Shown here: in pieces, positions 37,332 through 50,354 of the stretch
Position numbering within the stretch: the first letter of the stretch is position 1
Layout of the letters: each line of letters opens with the position of its first letter
NCBI GenBank assembly: GCA_043228905.1
Contig: JBHGNT010000004.1
Coordinates: forward strand, 3,472,001-3,536,000
From: Azolla caroliniana
Lineage: Eukaryota > Plantae > Polypodiophyta
Length of the DNA: 64,000 bases
Reading direction: 5' to 3'
Notes under the pieces: model-generated
Told to the model about the DNA's origin: nothing
Database searches by the model: none
The model's input: the letters and a program-made list of their open reading frames with translations, nothing else
Made by a program: the position numbers and the translations under genes

Positions 37332-37899
37332 CCTAGAAAATTCTAAGATGTTCAATGATATTCTAGAGGGTTCTAGAATGTTCCAATGTTTTTACAATAA
37401 TCAATATATTACAAAAGTAGCTTTTATCATCTCCTATGTCAATAGGCTATATTAATGGTTGGGTTTTTTATTCTGTCTGACAAGGTCCGGGTGAAGCCAT
37501 GATTTTCATGTGTTCATGAGAAGGGGATATGGCAATTGAGGGGTTTCGTGTTTAACATGTAGAATGATTTCAAGATTTCATTAATGAATTTATTTTGATG
37601 AATGATCAAAGTTCTTTGACCACGATTATGAGTAACTTGCATGCCTAGGAAATATTAAGATAGGGAACCTAAATCTATAATTGAAAATACTTTAGAAAGC
37701 TCTAGGTTTCGCATGAGTAATTTCATATGGTGTTCCAACTATAGGATGTCATCCACATATAGTGCTACCACTAAAAGCAGATTAGATGAATGCTTATGTC
37801 TAATGTATTATTATATTTGGTTCTGATAACAAGTCTAGAGTAGCCACGTGAGAGCATCAAATTATTAAATATTTGAAACCCTAATGTAGGAGATTGTTT

Positions 37900-38440
37900 G
37901 AGTCCATTGAGGGATCGATGTAATCGACAAATATAGTTGTGTTAAAAGCTTGACTCAAATCCTGGAGGTTGTGACATGTAGATTACTTTTGGTAGGTCAT
38001 CATGTAGAAATGTCATTTATATATCCAAATGATGTACCTCAAAGTCAAGAATGGTGGCTAGAACCATTAGGAGTCAAAAGGATGTCGTCCAAAACACAGA
38101 TGAGAATTCTCAAAATATTCAAGTCCTTCGACTTGAGAGAAACCATGAGCCACAAGTTGAGCTTTGTATCAGGAAATGGTACCATCAAGGTGTAGGTTCC
38201 TCTGCAACACCCAATTGTGTGAGATAGGTAAGAATCTTGTAGGGAGTGATAGGAGAGTCCATGTTTTGTTGGCATCAAGAGGTTCAAGTTCTTCCTCCAT
38301 GGTGGCTTTCCATTCAACATGATTTGGACTTTGCAATGCGTCATTGATAGTTAGTGGATCATAAAAAACGTCTAATCTGATTGACGGGAAACTAAGCGCC
38401 AAGAATGCAAATTGAATATCAAATTTACGGTCCACAATAA
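37900..38440 (-). mobile_element. Copia reverse transcriptase N-terminal fragment
   Basis: DPLTINDALQSPNHVEWKATMEEEL...NKTWTL...HNWV...YKAQLVAHGFSQVEG. Confidence 0.75.
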
Positions 38441-39148
38441 GAACATCTATTTCGTTGTTGTGATTATAGAGATCCTAAATACTCCAAACTTTCTTTGAAG
38501 TGGGTGTAGGGTTAAGTGAATTAGGTGAGGCCAAATGTAACTATTTGTATGTTCTACGCATTGTTTATTACTTGAACATGAAATACTTCTACTAGTTTTT
38601 AGAATTTGATGTGATGCATTTCCAATAAAATGCAATGTCAAATTACAACGGATGCAATGCAAGGTCAAACAATACAGGTAATTAATTTACAATGGACATG
38701 TCCAATACAATACAATAGAATGCAACTTGAAGCTACGTTGACAACAATGGCTTGAAGAGCAAGCAAAGTGTTTTAAAAAATGGGGACTCTCGATGACTTT
38801 CAAGTGACATGTTGGATTAAGTAACAGAGGTACATAGGTTGTACAGGTGAAGTCAATGGTGTTAGCATGTGAGAATGATTCACAAGATTTGGTATTCCCT
38901 CACTCTACTTGGCCATTGCTGATAAGGTTATGGATTTTAGGAAATGAAGTGGTGTTTCTGGGTGTGGCCCCAATAATATTAATGGTCACTATGGATAAGG
39001 CCCACCCTCATAAGAAGATCACACACTTCCCAATGCAAAAAGTTAACCGCTCTAGATTTAAATGTGTTTTCCAAGTATTCGCAATGTGTTTGATCCAAAG
39101 AGAGTACATAATATTAGAGACTAATTGGACCATAACTTACAACTTGTC

Positions 39149-39192
<44 letters not shown>

Positions 39193-39569
39193 GATTCATG
39201 GACTCCATGTATGAGCTTATGGTCATAAGTAGATGGAGATGGATTGTAACCATGTTGATGATTTTGCAGATGTGGTCTTACAATAATTCTGCAGTAGTTA
39301 CACTTCCCATTGACAATATAGGAGGCCTCCAATCACAAATCATGTCGAATTCATCGAGCACCCTTCCCATTGACAATATAGGAGGCCTCCAATCACAAAT
39401 CATGTCGAATTCATCGAGCACCGGCTTGACTCTATTGAATGGGAAGCTTTGGCTCGATAGTACAAACACAATCTTCTTCTGGCATCCCCTCGCGCCTACA
39501 TCCCCATCAACAATACCCTATTCAAGCCCTTCTTCAATTACACCAATGCCTCCTTTGTCGATGAATTCT

Positions 39570-40058
39570 TCATGGCTGCACATGATCGCTCACCTAGTCT
39601 CCAGTGAGGACCACACATGGTCAGTCACGTCCATTGGTGTTCATGTCTTCGGTGCTCCACTTCCTACTCACCCCTACATTACGCTTTCGACAAGGTGGCC
39701 GTTAAAGGGAGGATAATGTCATGACATAATGACATGAAATGCGTAGTTGGTGAGGATTGAACCTACAACCTCACATCAACAAGATGTCATGCTCAACCAT
39801 TTTGATATATGAGCATGTATTTGTATATAGTTTAGTATTCCATAGTCTAGTGTATAGTATATTTCAAAATCAGAATATTCAAGGGATTCAACACCAATCA
39901 TTCACACATCAATCTAGTATTCTCGTTTTGCCCCATCTTGTCTCCTCAATTGTTATCTCTGTCTTCATGATGCTCTTATGTTGTTCCCAACTTCTTAAGT
40001 TCGACGCTCTTAGTCCCATCATCTATGGTCCATTCGAGTGCAGTGTGTGTCTGTGACA
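39570..40058 (+). mobile_element. 3' fragment of a relative of the 9031-11140 element
   Basis: Same hairpin unit (GTGAGGACCACACATGGTCAGTCAC at about 39604), PPT AAAGGGAGGATAA, and an LTR at 39717-40058 (TGTCA...GTGACA) that shares ATCAATCTAGTATTCTC with the 9031 LTR. Confidence 0.75.
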
Positions 40059-40611
40059 CAAGGTACCTAATAACCTTTGCAGGGGGAGCAGTCTCTTGGC
40101 AATCGAGACTGCAAAAAGTGTGTGGCGTTATCCACAACATAGGCTGAATATATTTCTGCCACAAAAGCTAGTAAGGAATTGCTCCAACTGAAGAAATTCC
40201 TACAAGAGTTGGGGCTGATGCAAGAAAGGTACATTCTGTATTTTGACAGCCAAAGTGTTAGTATACATTTAAGCAAGAATTCTTCCATTCATTCTAAGTC
40301 AAAACACATAGATGTTAGATACCATTGGATTAGAGATGTGCTTGAAGAAAAGCAGATGCACATTGAAAAGATTCACACCAATGAGAATGGCTTCGACATG
40401 ATGACAAAATGTTTGTCAAGTGAGAAGCTCGAAGTTTGCAATCAAAAGGCTAACCTAGTTGTGCCCCCTACTTGAGATGGAGGGGGAGAATTGTTGGGTC
40501 TATCCACTCAAGTGGAGCCCACAACCTGGAGCCGGCGGACAACTGGCTACTGACTCAATACCGAATCGGCTCAGCCTCGGCTAAAAAGTGAAAATAGTTA
40601 TAATTATTTTT

Positions 40612-40652
<41 letters not shown>

Positions 40653-41398
40653 GTATGTATGTATGTATGTATGTTTTTAGTATGTTATTTTTGGTGTGTG
40701 TCTTTTTGTGTGTGTGAGTGTATATAGGGACAAAAAGAGACGTTACTCTACAAGGTTGATAAAAAAAGGTGTAGACACAAAAACAACGAGATAGAGAACA
40801 GAAAAACAAAGAGAAAAACATCGCATAAGAAAACAAGAGAGCACGCTGAAAAACAGAACACATAAAAGAGAGTTCAAACAGATCTGCGAAAGGAAGAAGA
40901 GGTGTGAGAGTGTGAGAACGATGTGAAGCTTCTACATAACAAAGAAACAAGATGTAAGAGCTCAACTAAGGGGCGACTGAGAGCAAGAACTTGTTGCAGA
41001 TGAGAAGACGGAGATCTAGCAAGGTGTTGTCTAAAGTTTAAACTACCAAATAGTCAGCACCAACTTTTATGACTATCTATAACATGTTCATTTGTTATGG
41101 GGTTTTCTGTTCTTGTTTCTTTGTTGCTCATTCCATCCGGTAGGGTGAATATTGTAACCAAGGTTGTAGTCTTGAAATATATGTGTATTCCTCTAGTGTA
41201 AGCTCTAGAGGTTGTCAATACCTTTTATACCCAGAATATAGTGAATTTGTTTCGGAACCTAAGGTTCCCGTGGTTATTCCCATTTTTGGGTTTTCCACGT
41301 TACGAATCTGCTGTACTTTCATTTAGTCTTGTGGTTTCATTCGTTGTTAATTGTGTTGGAAGTCTAAATCCTCCCGATTCAGATCCATATTCATAACA
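40059..41398 (+). mobile_element. Copia 3' end: RNase H, PPT and 3' LTR
   Basis: GYLITFAGGAVSWQSRLQK...SKHIDVRYHWIR ends at 40475, followed by PPT GAGATGGAGGGGGAGAA and an LTR at 40492-41398 (TGTTG...TAACA). Confidence 0.8.
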
Positions 41399-42039
41399 CT
41401 CATAACACTGCCAATGTACTTGTGAACTCTAACAACTATTGTATACCAACAACACCGTTGTGGTAAGGCACCTCAGAGAGACCACTCTGGATGCATCATC
41501 AGTCTCTAGCATTCCATATCCATGTTCAATACTCAATTTTATGCCTCCTCTCTCTCTTTTGATGTGACCCTGCTATGCTTGATATCATCATCAATGAAAC
41601 TAAACTCGCGAAGTCACGCATGTATTGTTCTTAACATTATAGATCCGATTTGTTCTTTGTATATAACTCTAAAGGTGCCATGAATCTAAATCTGAACAAA
41701 TCTAATAGCTTGATCTATTTGTGGCACAACATATTGTGCTATTTAAACCCATCTACGAATCCGTGCACAATGGGATGAGACATACATATGTGAATGTCAT
41801 ATTTAGAAATCGTCCCTTTGATTTATGAGCAAACTAAACTCCACAAAAGAAAAAGAGAGTGTACATACATATGTCCTCATTGATAGTCTTTTGTATATCA
41901 ACCCATGAGTAACTTTTTTTTTTCCCAATCAAAGATACGACATTTGTATTAAGAAACACCATAACATTGCACATGAAATACATACATATAGGTAATTTGC
42001 CCCATTTCCTTATCAATGTGAAGTTCTAACTGTCAGCTT

Positions 42040-42560
42040 AAACAAATACTTCGGTGTAGAGTAAAACTACTCTAAAAAACCGCCTATAAAATATTCAATT
42101 GTCCCATATGGCACGGAACTCCAATGGTTGTGGTTGTAACTCTCCTTGTTACGTATGACCCTTTATGTTATCCATAGAACCTCTTACATTATGACAATAT
42201 TTGTCCAAATCTTGGTAATTCTTTGAGTAAGTCTTTTTTATCCCAATTTTAGAATACCTTCAAGCACTTGGCCTTCTAAATATACCAAATTGTGATACTA
42301 CTTACCAATTTCCATGATGTTGATTTTATGGAGTTGTTATTTGCTAATTTTAGGGTATAGTTGTTTTTTTATATCAAACCATGTCTAAGAGAATGAGCAT
42401 CTCGAACATTCTCTTGGTCATAACATTGGTTGACCTTATACAACCACCCATAATACCGGCCCCACATGTACATCGTTGAAGAATATACGGGGGGGTATTC
42501 ATAGAACTTTTAAGGTTCTTTTCCATATATCCATCACAAAATCCCAATTCCATAAACAAA
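42040..42560 (-). mobile_element. L1-like 3' fragment homologous to 14289-14780
   Basis: The reverse complement contains GGTATTATGGGTGGT...AACCAATG...GACATGGT, shared with 14300-14385. Confidence 0.5.
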
Positions 42561-43469
42561 GCTTAGGAATCAGACAAAAATGACACATATTGAGTACATT
42601 CACCCCTTTTCTCCACTCATTAAGTGGTATAGCTCAATGAATCAACAAGTTACCATCTAAAACAAGCATTTTTCCTACTTCATTTGAAACCCCGTTACCA
42701 TTTTCGAAAAGAAACTCCATTCCATCTCCCCAAAAAATGTTACAATTGGTTCCTTCCTAGACCTAGCACATAATAGTTTTCTGACAATCTTCACAAATTA
42801 CTGCAAAAAAAGGCAACTGTTTTATGTGTTCTTTGAAATGGTACTTCCCGTTACATATATTTTTCTTTCCTCTAACAAAAGATTAACCACAATACATAGA
42901 TGCAAGGCAAGGAACAAACAATATAGGTAATACAATACATTATACAATACAATACAATTCAATACAATACATTCTACAATACAATACAACTCAAAATACA
43001 ATACATTATACAATCCAATTCAATACAATTCAATACACAATACACAATACAATACAACCTGTGGCTACGTTGAATAGAATGGAGAGGGTTCTGTAAAATG
43101 GGGACCCTTGACAGACATTCAAGTGGCATATTCGATTAGGTAACATAGGATAGTGGAGGTGAAGAAGTCAATGGTGTTAGCGTGTCAGAATGATTCGTGA
43201 CAGTTTTTTGTATTCCCTTACTCTCCTTCGCACTTACAGAGAAATGAAGGCCCGACCTAATCAGAAGATCGTGTGCACTCTTCCAATGCCAAAAAAATAA
43301 AAGTCAACCCCTCTAGATTTATGCCTTGTTTTCCAAATATTAGCACTGTGTTTGATCCAGAGAGAGTAATATTAGAGACAAATTGGACCATAATTTACAA
43401 CTCACCTGTGTGTGTGTGTGTGTGTGTGTCTGTGTGTGAGAGAGAGAGAGAGAGAGAAAAAAGAAGAAG

Positions 43470-44468
43470 ATGAGATTCATGGCCTCCATGTATGAGCTTA
43501 TGATCATAATTAGATGGAGGAGGATTGTGGCCATGTTGATGCTTTTGCAGATATGGTCTTGCAATAAGTCTGCAACTGCAGTTACAGTTCCCATAGACAA
43601 CATAGGAGGCCTTCCTGGAATGGCCATGTCAAATTCATCGAGCACGGGGGTCACTCTGTCGAATGGGAAGCTTCGCCTCGACAGCACAAAGGCAAACTTT
43701 GTCTATGCCCTTTTCCCTTACATCCCCTTCAACTCTAGTAACCCAACCATGGGCTCCTTCAATACCTACTTCAATTTCACCAATGCCTCCTCTGCCGGTG
43801 CACTCGGCCTCATCGCCATCAATCCCAACTCCGACATTCTCAAACTCGAGGATCGATTGCTTGCGATAACTAATCTCCCCTATGTATCTGGTAACACTAC
43901 CACTAAATTTGTGAACAATAGCAACTACTTGGCGCTGGTGTACAATGTCACCGCAGAGATACCCTCGCAGCAGGGATATACTACAGCAAGGCTAGGAGAT
44001 GGGTCTGTGGTGTTCTTCGACTACATTTACAATATGGGCAGTCAATCAAGCGACCGGTCGCAAGGCTTCAGCGGTTCCCTGCAGTATATCAATCCAGCCT
44101 CAGTGTCGAAAGTATGCGCTTCGATTCCTAAGGATGGGGAAGAACTAAATGATACCAACACCGCGTGTCCGGAAAACTCTGCAAATTTTGGGATTTACTA
44201 CATGGCGTCTGGGTACAGTATCTTGGGTATTTCGACCCCGTCGAATCTTAGCCTTTCAGTCTCTAGTTTGGTCGGGTTTTTCGCTTTCGGCGGAGGTGTG
44301 TTCGATGTGAGCTTCTGGCAATTCACTACCCTCTATACCAACAACAGTATCATGGTCGGCACCTCAGAGACCATTCTCATTGCATCATCAGTGTCCAGCA
44401 TTCCACATCCAAGCTCAATCCTCAATTTGATGCTCCTCTCTCTTTTAGTGTTCTTCTATCATGTTTGA
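43470..44468 (+). CDS. Subtype B copy B3: intact 332-aa secreted, probably GPI-anchored, L-type-lectin-like protein
   Basis: Single ORF with an N-terminal hydrophobic signal and many NxS/T sequons. Motifs NGKLRL, GSFNTYFNF, GALGLIAINP and VGFFAFGGGVFDVSFWQFTT resemble legume-lectin beta-strands. The hydrophobic C-terminus ILNLMLLSLLVFFYHV has no cytosolic tail. Confidence 0.85.
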   Translation: MRFMASMYELMIIIRWRRIVAMLMLLQIWSCNKSATAVTVPIDNIGGLPGMAMSNSSSTGVTLSNGKLRLDSTKANFVYALFPYIPFNSSNPTMGSFNTYFNFTNASSAGALGLIAINPNSDILKLEDRLLAITNLPYVSGNTTTKFVNNSNYLALVYNVTAEIPSQQGYTTARLGDGSVVFFDYIYNMGSQSSDRSQGFSGSLQYINPASVSKVCASIPKDGEELNDTNTACPENSANFGIYYMASGYSILGISTPSNLSLSVSSLVGFFAFGGGVFDVSFWQFTTLYTNNSIMVGTSETILIASSVSSIPHPSSILNLMLLSLLVFFYHV

Positions 44469-46419
44469 TATCATCATCCAATAAACTAGTGAATGTCACA
44501 CATGTAAATTGTTCTAAACATTATAAATCCGATCTGTTCTTTGTATATAAACCCTAAAAGTGCCATGAATCTGAAATCTTAACAAATCTAATAGCTTCAT
44601 CTAATATCTGAAGCACAATATCTAATAGCTTCATCTAATATCTGAAGCACAAACCCATCTACGAATCAAGTGCACATACATATTGAGACATAAGTGAATG
44701 ACAATGTTGTTATTTAGCAATCATCTCTGTGATTTATGATCAGATTGAACTCCACAAAAGAAAAAGAGAGAATATGTCCTCCAATGGCCATAAGAGATTT
44801 GGGCATTTCGTCATAAGGTCAACTCTTCCAAAATTGACTCACTCAAATTCATTAGAAGGGCTCAGACTGTGAGCCTTTGTGGCCCAAATGGTGAATCTAT
44901 ATGTGGTATACAAGGGACATCCTTATCTATATGTGATGCCACTCTTCAAGTGAGAATGCCAATCTTTGTGACAAGATCTCGTAACACAATAGTTTAAAGG
45001 GGTCACAAACATGTATGGCTCTTAATGTTATAAGATCGAATCTTTTCTTGTATATATGTAACCTTAAAAATGCCATGAATCTAAATCTTAACAAATATAA
45101 TATCTTCATCTATCTGAAGCACAATATACTGTGCTATTTAAACGCAGATGAAAATCAAGTGCATAATCAGATGAGACGTTAGTTAATCGCATGTTTTTAT
45201 TTAGAAATAATCGTTGTGATTTATGGTCAGGATTGAGGACCAAACCCAATGTATCCATGTCCTGCAATGTGATAAGAGATTTGTCTCATAAGGGCACTTC
45301 TTCTGATTTGAATGTGTTATGTTCTCTCTACAACCAAAAGACCATGTGTGGGAGATTATTGTGGTTATAAGTGCACCCTATTAATTTGGGGTGCACCTTT
45401 TCATGTTACGTATTCCCCTTTTTCTTTTTTAATTATTTATATTAACTAGCTAGTTTATTACTAGAGTTTCCATAAACTAATTAGTTGTAAATCTTCGTAA
45501 TCCTAATTTTTACAACAAACTTCAAATTTGTCCAAACCGGAGTTGGGGAGTTTGTTGTAGGCATGACCATAATTTATCCCCATTGTAGTTTTTACCGTAG
45601 TATTCTACACACGAGGATAAAAGTGTGAGGGTTAATCGATAGCGTAAAGAAGGAAGGATTAATGTAATCCTAAGGATTGAGACAATCCATAATTGCCCAG
45701 TGTGAACTTGCTTGAGCGCTTTAGATTTGGCCATAAATATGAGACATTGCTATCTTCATTAGACACATTATCTGACGTGTCCTTGTGGTGAATAGAGTCT
45801 TGTGGCTAGTTTGCACCAATACCAAGAACAACTCGATGCCATAGTGGTGGTGTAGGATGTTGATCAAGGTTTAGGTCCATCTCGATCCCTTTGCTTGGGG
45901 GTGGTCGGGTGGATTGACACCCTTCTTTCTCTCTCTTTCTCTAATCTATCTATCCTCTATTTCCTTGTCTTATGCTTACATTATAAATAATCTTTAATAG
46001 AGCCTTCGATAGGAAATCGACCCATATACGATTTGTCAATTATATTGTTGTAGAAGATTTTCAATTATAGTGGTTCGTATAGTTGGGTTTCCTTAGTACG
46101 ATTTGCACTTGTTATGCCCCTAGATTATGGGGGACTCTAGACACAGAAAAACACGGTATGGACAAAGAGAATTGGAACAAAAGGATGATCATTTATATTA
46201 GATGGAAGAGAAGCAAGGTTAGAACAGTCCCAATGTTTTGGACAAATGAAAAGATAATGAGGGGCTAGAGAGTATTCAAGATTACAATGGGGGAGAGTAG
46301 AATTTAGATGGTAGGAAATTGGAATCATAAAAAATAAGGAGAGGTGTCAGAATATAGTAAAAGATGGAGTGATGGCAGAAGGATATAAAGAGAACAGAAG
46401 AATGATTGAACAAAATGAT

Positions 46420-46680
46420 ATGATTTTTCTTGATAAAGTTTCTGAGGTTAGTTTGTTCAGTTTGGATTCAACAAAATAACTATTATGGGAAGCCTAGATC
46501 ATATATACGCTGCACAGCAGATCATACTACAGAAGATCGACCAAAGTTTGTTGGTTGATCATAAAAGATAACTTCATTAGGATTCTCAATGGAAAGAAAA
46601 CACTATGAGAAAGATGTCACTCGTGTGCATGTCATGCAAACAAACGATCAAGCAAGATCGATCGATAAGTGCAAATCTAT
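46420..46680 (+). pseudogene. Duplicated last intron end, last exon and 3' UTR of the KH gene
   Basis: Highly similar to 30731-30990. The acceptor AG has mutated to AA. Confidence 0.85.
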
Positions 46681-46686
46681 TGCTTT

Positions 46687-47569
46687 TGTTAAGATTTCAC
46701 TCAGACAAGAATTACGAAATAAACTTAGACACAAACAGAAATAAAGAGTAGCACACGATTTACGTGGAAAACCCTGATTTCAGGAAAAACCACAAAACAA
46801 AAATTTCCACTATAATAGAAGACAAAATACAACCATGGAATGAAAGAACCTGACGTGGTCTGAATGTTCTCTAAAACCACAATTTCAGATAAACATACCA
46901 AACCATAACACGTAGATGTATTTCCCGTTCAAAACTTCCTTGGCTTCTCTGTTTTAATCTCTCTTGTTTTTCTGTTTCACTCAAGTTTTCTTCTCACTCT
47001 CAACTTCTGAGATATGGCACTCACACAGCCATTACTTTGTTCTCTCTAAGTCGTTCTCTATATATACACGCTCTTTCAACACGTTCTCATATATATATAT
47101 ATATATATATTGCCTTAGGCACTCCCCCTTTTTACTTACGTTCACTTTCACGCCTTTTCTCACTGTTTTTATTCCCAGTGAGTCATCCCACATACAAACG
47201 CACTACCACGCCTGTCAGCATATATATACTAAGTCATTATATACACACATATATATGTATTTCTTCATATATATATATATATTTATATATATGTATATAT
47301 GTGTGTTCGAACTTCTATTCGGTTGACTTCGAATTTGGTTAACCAACTCTCGTTTCAGTTCCTCATATATATGTATATGTGTGTTTGAACTTCTATTCGG
47401 TCAACCGACTCTCATTTCGGTTCTTCGGCCAACCGACTATCCTTTTAGCTCTCTGACCGATTCCGACTAAATTTGGTCAGCCGAATCTTTTCGGCTGATT
47501 TCGACCAGCCGACTCTCAAGTCGACTTTTCGGCCGACTCCTCCGCAAGGAGGGACGCCTTTAGATAACA
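46687..47569 (-). mobile_element. Solo LTR related to the 40492-41398 LTR
   Basis: TGTTA...TAACA ends with perfect TSD GCTTT at 46682-46686 and 47570-47574. The empty site is visible in the paralog at about 30990. Shares GGGTTTTCCACGT with the 40492 LTR in the opposite orientation. Confidence 0.85.
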
Positions 47570-47730
47570 GCTTTTACATTCTTGTAAAAGAAAATGATGT
47601 CTACCACATAATCACAATTTTCACTTCCTAATAGCTTGATGCGATTCTATGTTTCCACTTTTTTCTAGTGCAAGCTCAAGGAACAAGAATTTTCGGCAGA
47701 AAGGATAGAAAATAACAAAGGTTTCATTAA

Positions 47731-47895
47731 TCACTATACTCAAAAGACTCAAAGGTTCTCAGTATACCTTTCGATGAGTCCCTGTTTTGCTCCAATAAAG
47801 GCAAGAGTCCCCTCACTATACTCAAAAGACTCAAAGGTTCTCAGTATACCTTTCGATGAGTCCCTGTTTTGCTCCAATAAAGGCAAGAGTCCCCT
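47731..47895 (+). repeat. 82-bp direct tandem duplication
   Basis: TCACTATACTCAAAAGACTC...GAGTCCCC starts at both 47731 and 47813. Confidence 0.85.
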
Positions 47896-49262
47896 ATAGG
47901 GATGATATTAAAGGGGTTATCTATTAGGAATTTGAATCCTTTGTAAACACTTCTGTACAATGGTGCCTTGTATTATGTGAGATTTTCTTTCCACCATAAA
48001 CATTTTGACTATAATGTATGGATTAACATATTAAACATCATATACTACATGTTTATTGCACTTGATAGGCATATTTATTTATTCATTGATGAAAATGATG
48101 GATCATTGCACTAAGTTTGATTAATTTGGCAAAAATGGAAAAGAAACGACACCATTGACAAGATTAATGTCATTTTCAAATAAACGAGATTGTGATCTAA
48201 TATTATGCTTCTCATACACAGCTTTAAGAGGCGATTACAACAATCATTTTGTCCATTGCTACTGTAAGACCTAGTTATGTTTCTTGCATGCAGAGGCTTA
48301 TGGCTCATCCATCATTTTTTGGGGTGAATCTATACTAAGGACTAGGGTTGTTAGGCTGATGTAATATTGTCATGATTAACTTTTTGTTGCAATGAGGCAT
48401 GTATGCACCAATCCAAACAAATTCTCTTACATTTTTTTATGAAACTGAATTCAGAGGAACTTCAATTCTGAATGAGTGTTTGATTTCGGCCACAAGAATT
48501 TTCAAGGCTATGTTGAGGTTAATGGAACTTTGAATCAGAGTTACCTTTTCCTGTCCTCAACAAGGCATTGCTGATCACAAAATAGGTTCCTTGTCATTAC
48601 AATATTAGACTGCTGCATAAGTGAAGACATTCTTGAAGTCTTTTACGAATGAAGATTTACAATTTACAAGTGATTATGGTAAACAATATTGAATTTGTAA
48701 AGAAAGATAGAAAAGATCTTTAATCAAGATGCCTTCATGCCAGCATAATGTATCTAGCTTATTATACGTTAACTTTTCACTTTTTGTGTATCATAATAAT
48801 ATGAATGCCTAAAGGTAAGATATGCTGCAATTAGAGATTTTTTTCACATATGCAAATTTCCAAGCAAATTTCCAAGCAAATCTAGATTTAACGCATTGGA
48901 ACTTATTTTCTATGGGCCTGTAGCTGAAGATCCAACGTTTGTTTTGTTGCTCATAATGTAGTGTGGTTTTCAGCATCAAGATGTTGAAAAAAATCAACCA
49001 TAAATAGTTTTCTTTGGTGAATCAGAGCATTCGATTTTGTTGTCTTTAAAGGAGAAGGAGGTTAATTCTAGTTCTGTCTAAAAGGCTGACCATTGTTTTG
49101 CCATTTTGCAAAAAGAAAGAACAAAAAGGCGGAGAATAGACAAAACAAACATGTCACAATTCAATGTTTTTTTATTGCTTATTTACAACGTAAACATAGA
49201 TTTAAGAGAACATATATGAGCTTCAGTTTATTTTTGTACAGAAACTTGGCTTTTAAGGAGAT

Positions 49263-50354
49263 TCAATTTGACACAATAAAGAAGACAGTCAAAGGAAAGA
49301 TGAGATGCATGAGATTCAATAATAAAGAAGAGGGCACACAGTTAACAGCTCTACTACTCATGATCAGAACATTGTCTTCTGATTCGCTTGAGACCATACT
49401 ATTGTTGTACTCGGGATAAAATGTGCGAACAAATGTTGTAAATCGCCATTGATTCACCTCAAACACACCATTGCCAAAAGTGAAGAACCCGACAAAGCGA
49501 GACACCGGTAGAGGTTGTGTCAAATTAGGGAAAGGATGGATAACACTCATGGAGTTATATAAATCCGGCCCCGATCGAGATTTCCACGAAGCCCCAAACT
49601 CCGTCACAGTCTGCGGACATATGGTGTCGCGATCAGTGCTTTCGGACGGTACACAGCCTTCCAACTGCGGTGGCGCTACGTATTGGAGCTCCCCGGTGAG
49701 ATATCGGAGATCGTGACCGGGATCGGACACTTCCTCCTCCAAACTCACTTTGTAGTCGAAGAAAAAGAGCCCAGGCTCTCCAACAATATTCTGTACATAC
49801 TCGATTCTCGATGCGCCAGAGCTCACAGTTGTGTAGTTAATGACCACACACAAGTAGGCGCTACTCGATTTGTTCACATCCGCGTACCCTCCTCCGCTTG
49901 ACGACGAAGTGTTGATACTATCTCCGAATTGTGGCCTACGTGAGGCAAGGCTAATTATTGTAGCGAATCGATCCTCGAGCTTCTTCTTCGAGGAATTGGA
50001 GCCCGTGGTAGGCTCTGAGTCTGGATCGATGATGATGAAACCGAGTGCACCAGATGATGTTTTTGTTGTGAAATTGAAGGCAGTGCGGAAGGAGCCCATG
50101 TTAGGGTCACTAGCATTGAAGGGATTGTAAGGGAAGAGGCCGTACACGAAGTCTGCATTTGCGCTATCAAGCATGAGCTTCCCGTTCGACAGGGAAACCC
50201 CAGTACTCGATGCATTCGCCATATTGCCTGGAGATGGAAGGCCTCCCAAGCTCTCATGATCTGGAGCGATTAAAGTATATGATTCATATGCTGCGATATG
50301 CCATATCTGCAATATTATGAGCAATATCACCACTGCAATATTGCTGGAATTCAT
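49263..50354 (-). CDS. Subtype A copy A2: intact 363-aa secreted, probably GPI-anchored, L-type-lectin-like protein
   Basis: Signal peptide MNSSNIAVVILLIILQIWHIAA. Shares GGLPS, NGKL.LDS, FPY.PFN, MGSF...FNF, KLEDR, FFDY, G.LQY, T.CP and VGFF.FG.GVF.V..W.FTT with subtype B. Hydrophobic C-terminus. Confidence 0.85.
   Translation of the reverse strand: MNSSNIAVVILLIILQIWHIAAYESYTLIAPDHESLGGLPSPGNMANASSTGVSLSNGKLMLDSANADFVYGLFPYNPFNASDPNMGSFRTAFNFTTKTSSGALGFIIIDPDSEPTTGSNSSKKKLEDRFATIISLASRRPQFGDSINTSSSSGGGYADVNKSSSAYLCVVINYTTVSSGASRIEYVQNIVGEPGLFFFDYKVSLEEEVSDPGHDLRYLTGELQYVAPPQLEGCVPSESTDRDTICPQTVTEFGASWKSRSGPDLYNSMSVIHPFPNLTQPLPVSRFVGFFTFGNGVFEVNQWRFTTFVRTFYPEYNNSMVSSESEDNVLIMSSRAVNCVPSSLLLNLMHLIFPLTVFFIVSN

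Larger units (their letters stand above)
39189..41582 (+). pseudogene. Subtype B copy B2, disrupted by retroelements
   Basis: The 5' part (39189 to about 39568) carries an in-frame 60-bp tandem duplication (39301/39361). A degenerate 3' end lies at about 41440-41582. The middle is replaced by retroelement fragments. Confidence 0.85.

Noticed and set aside
38847-39716. 289-aa ORF as a novel fusion gene
   Set aside because: Chance read-through of spacer, (GA)n, the B2 5' fragment and retroelement sequence.
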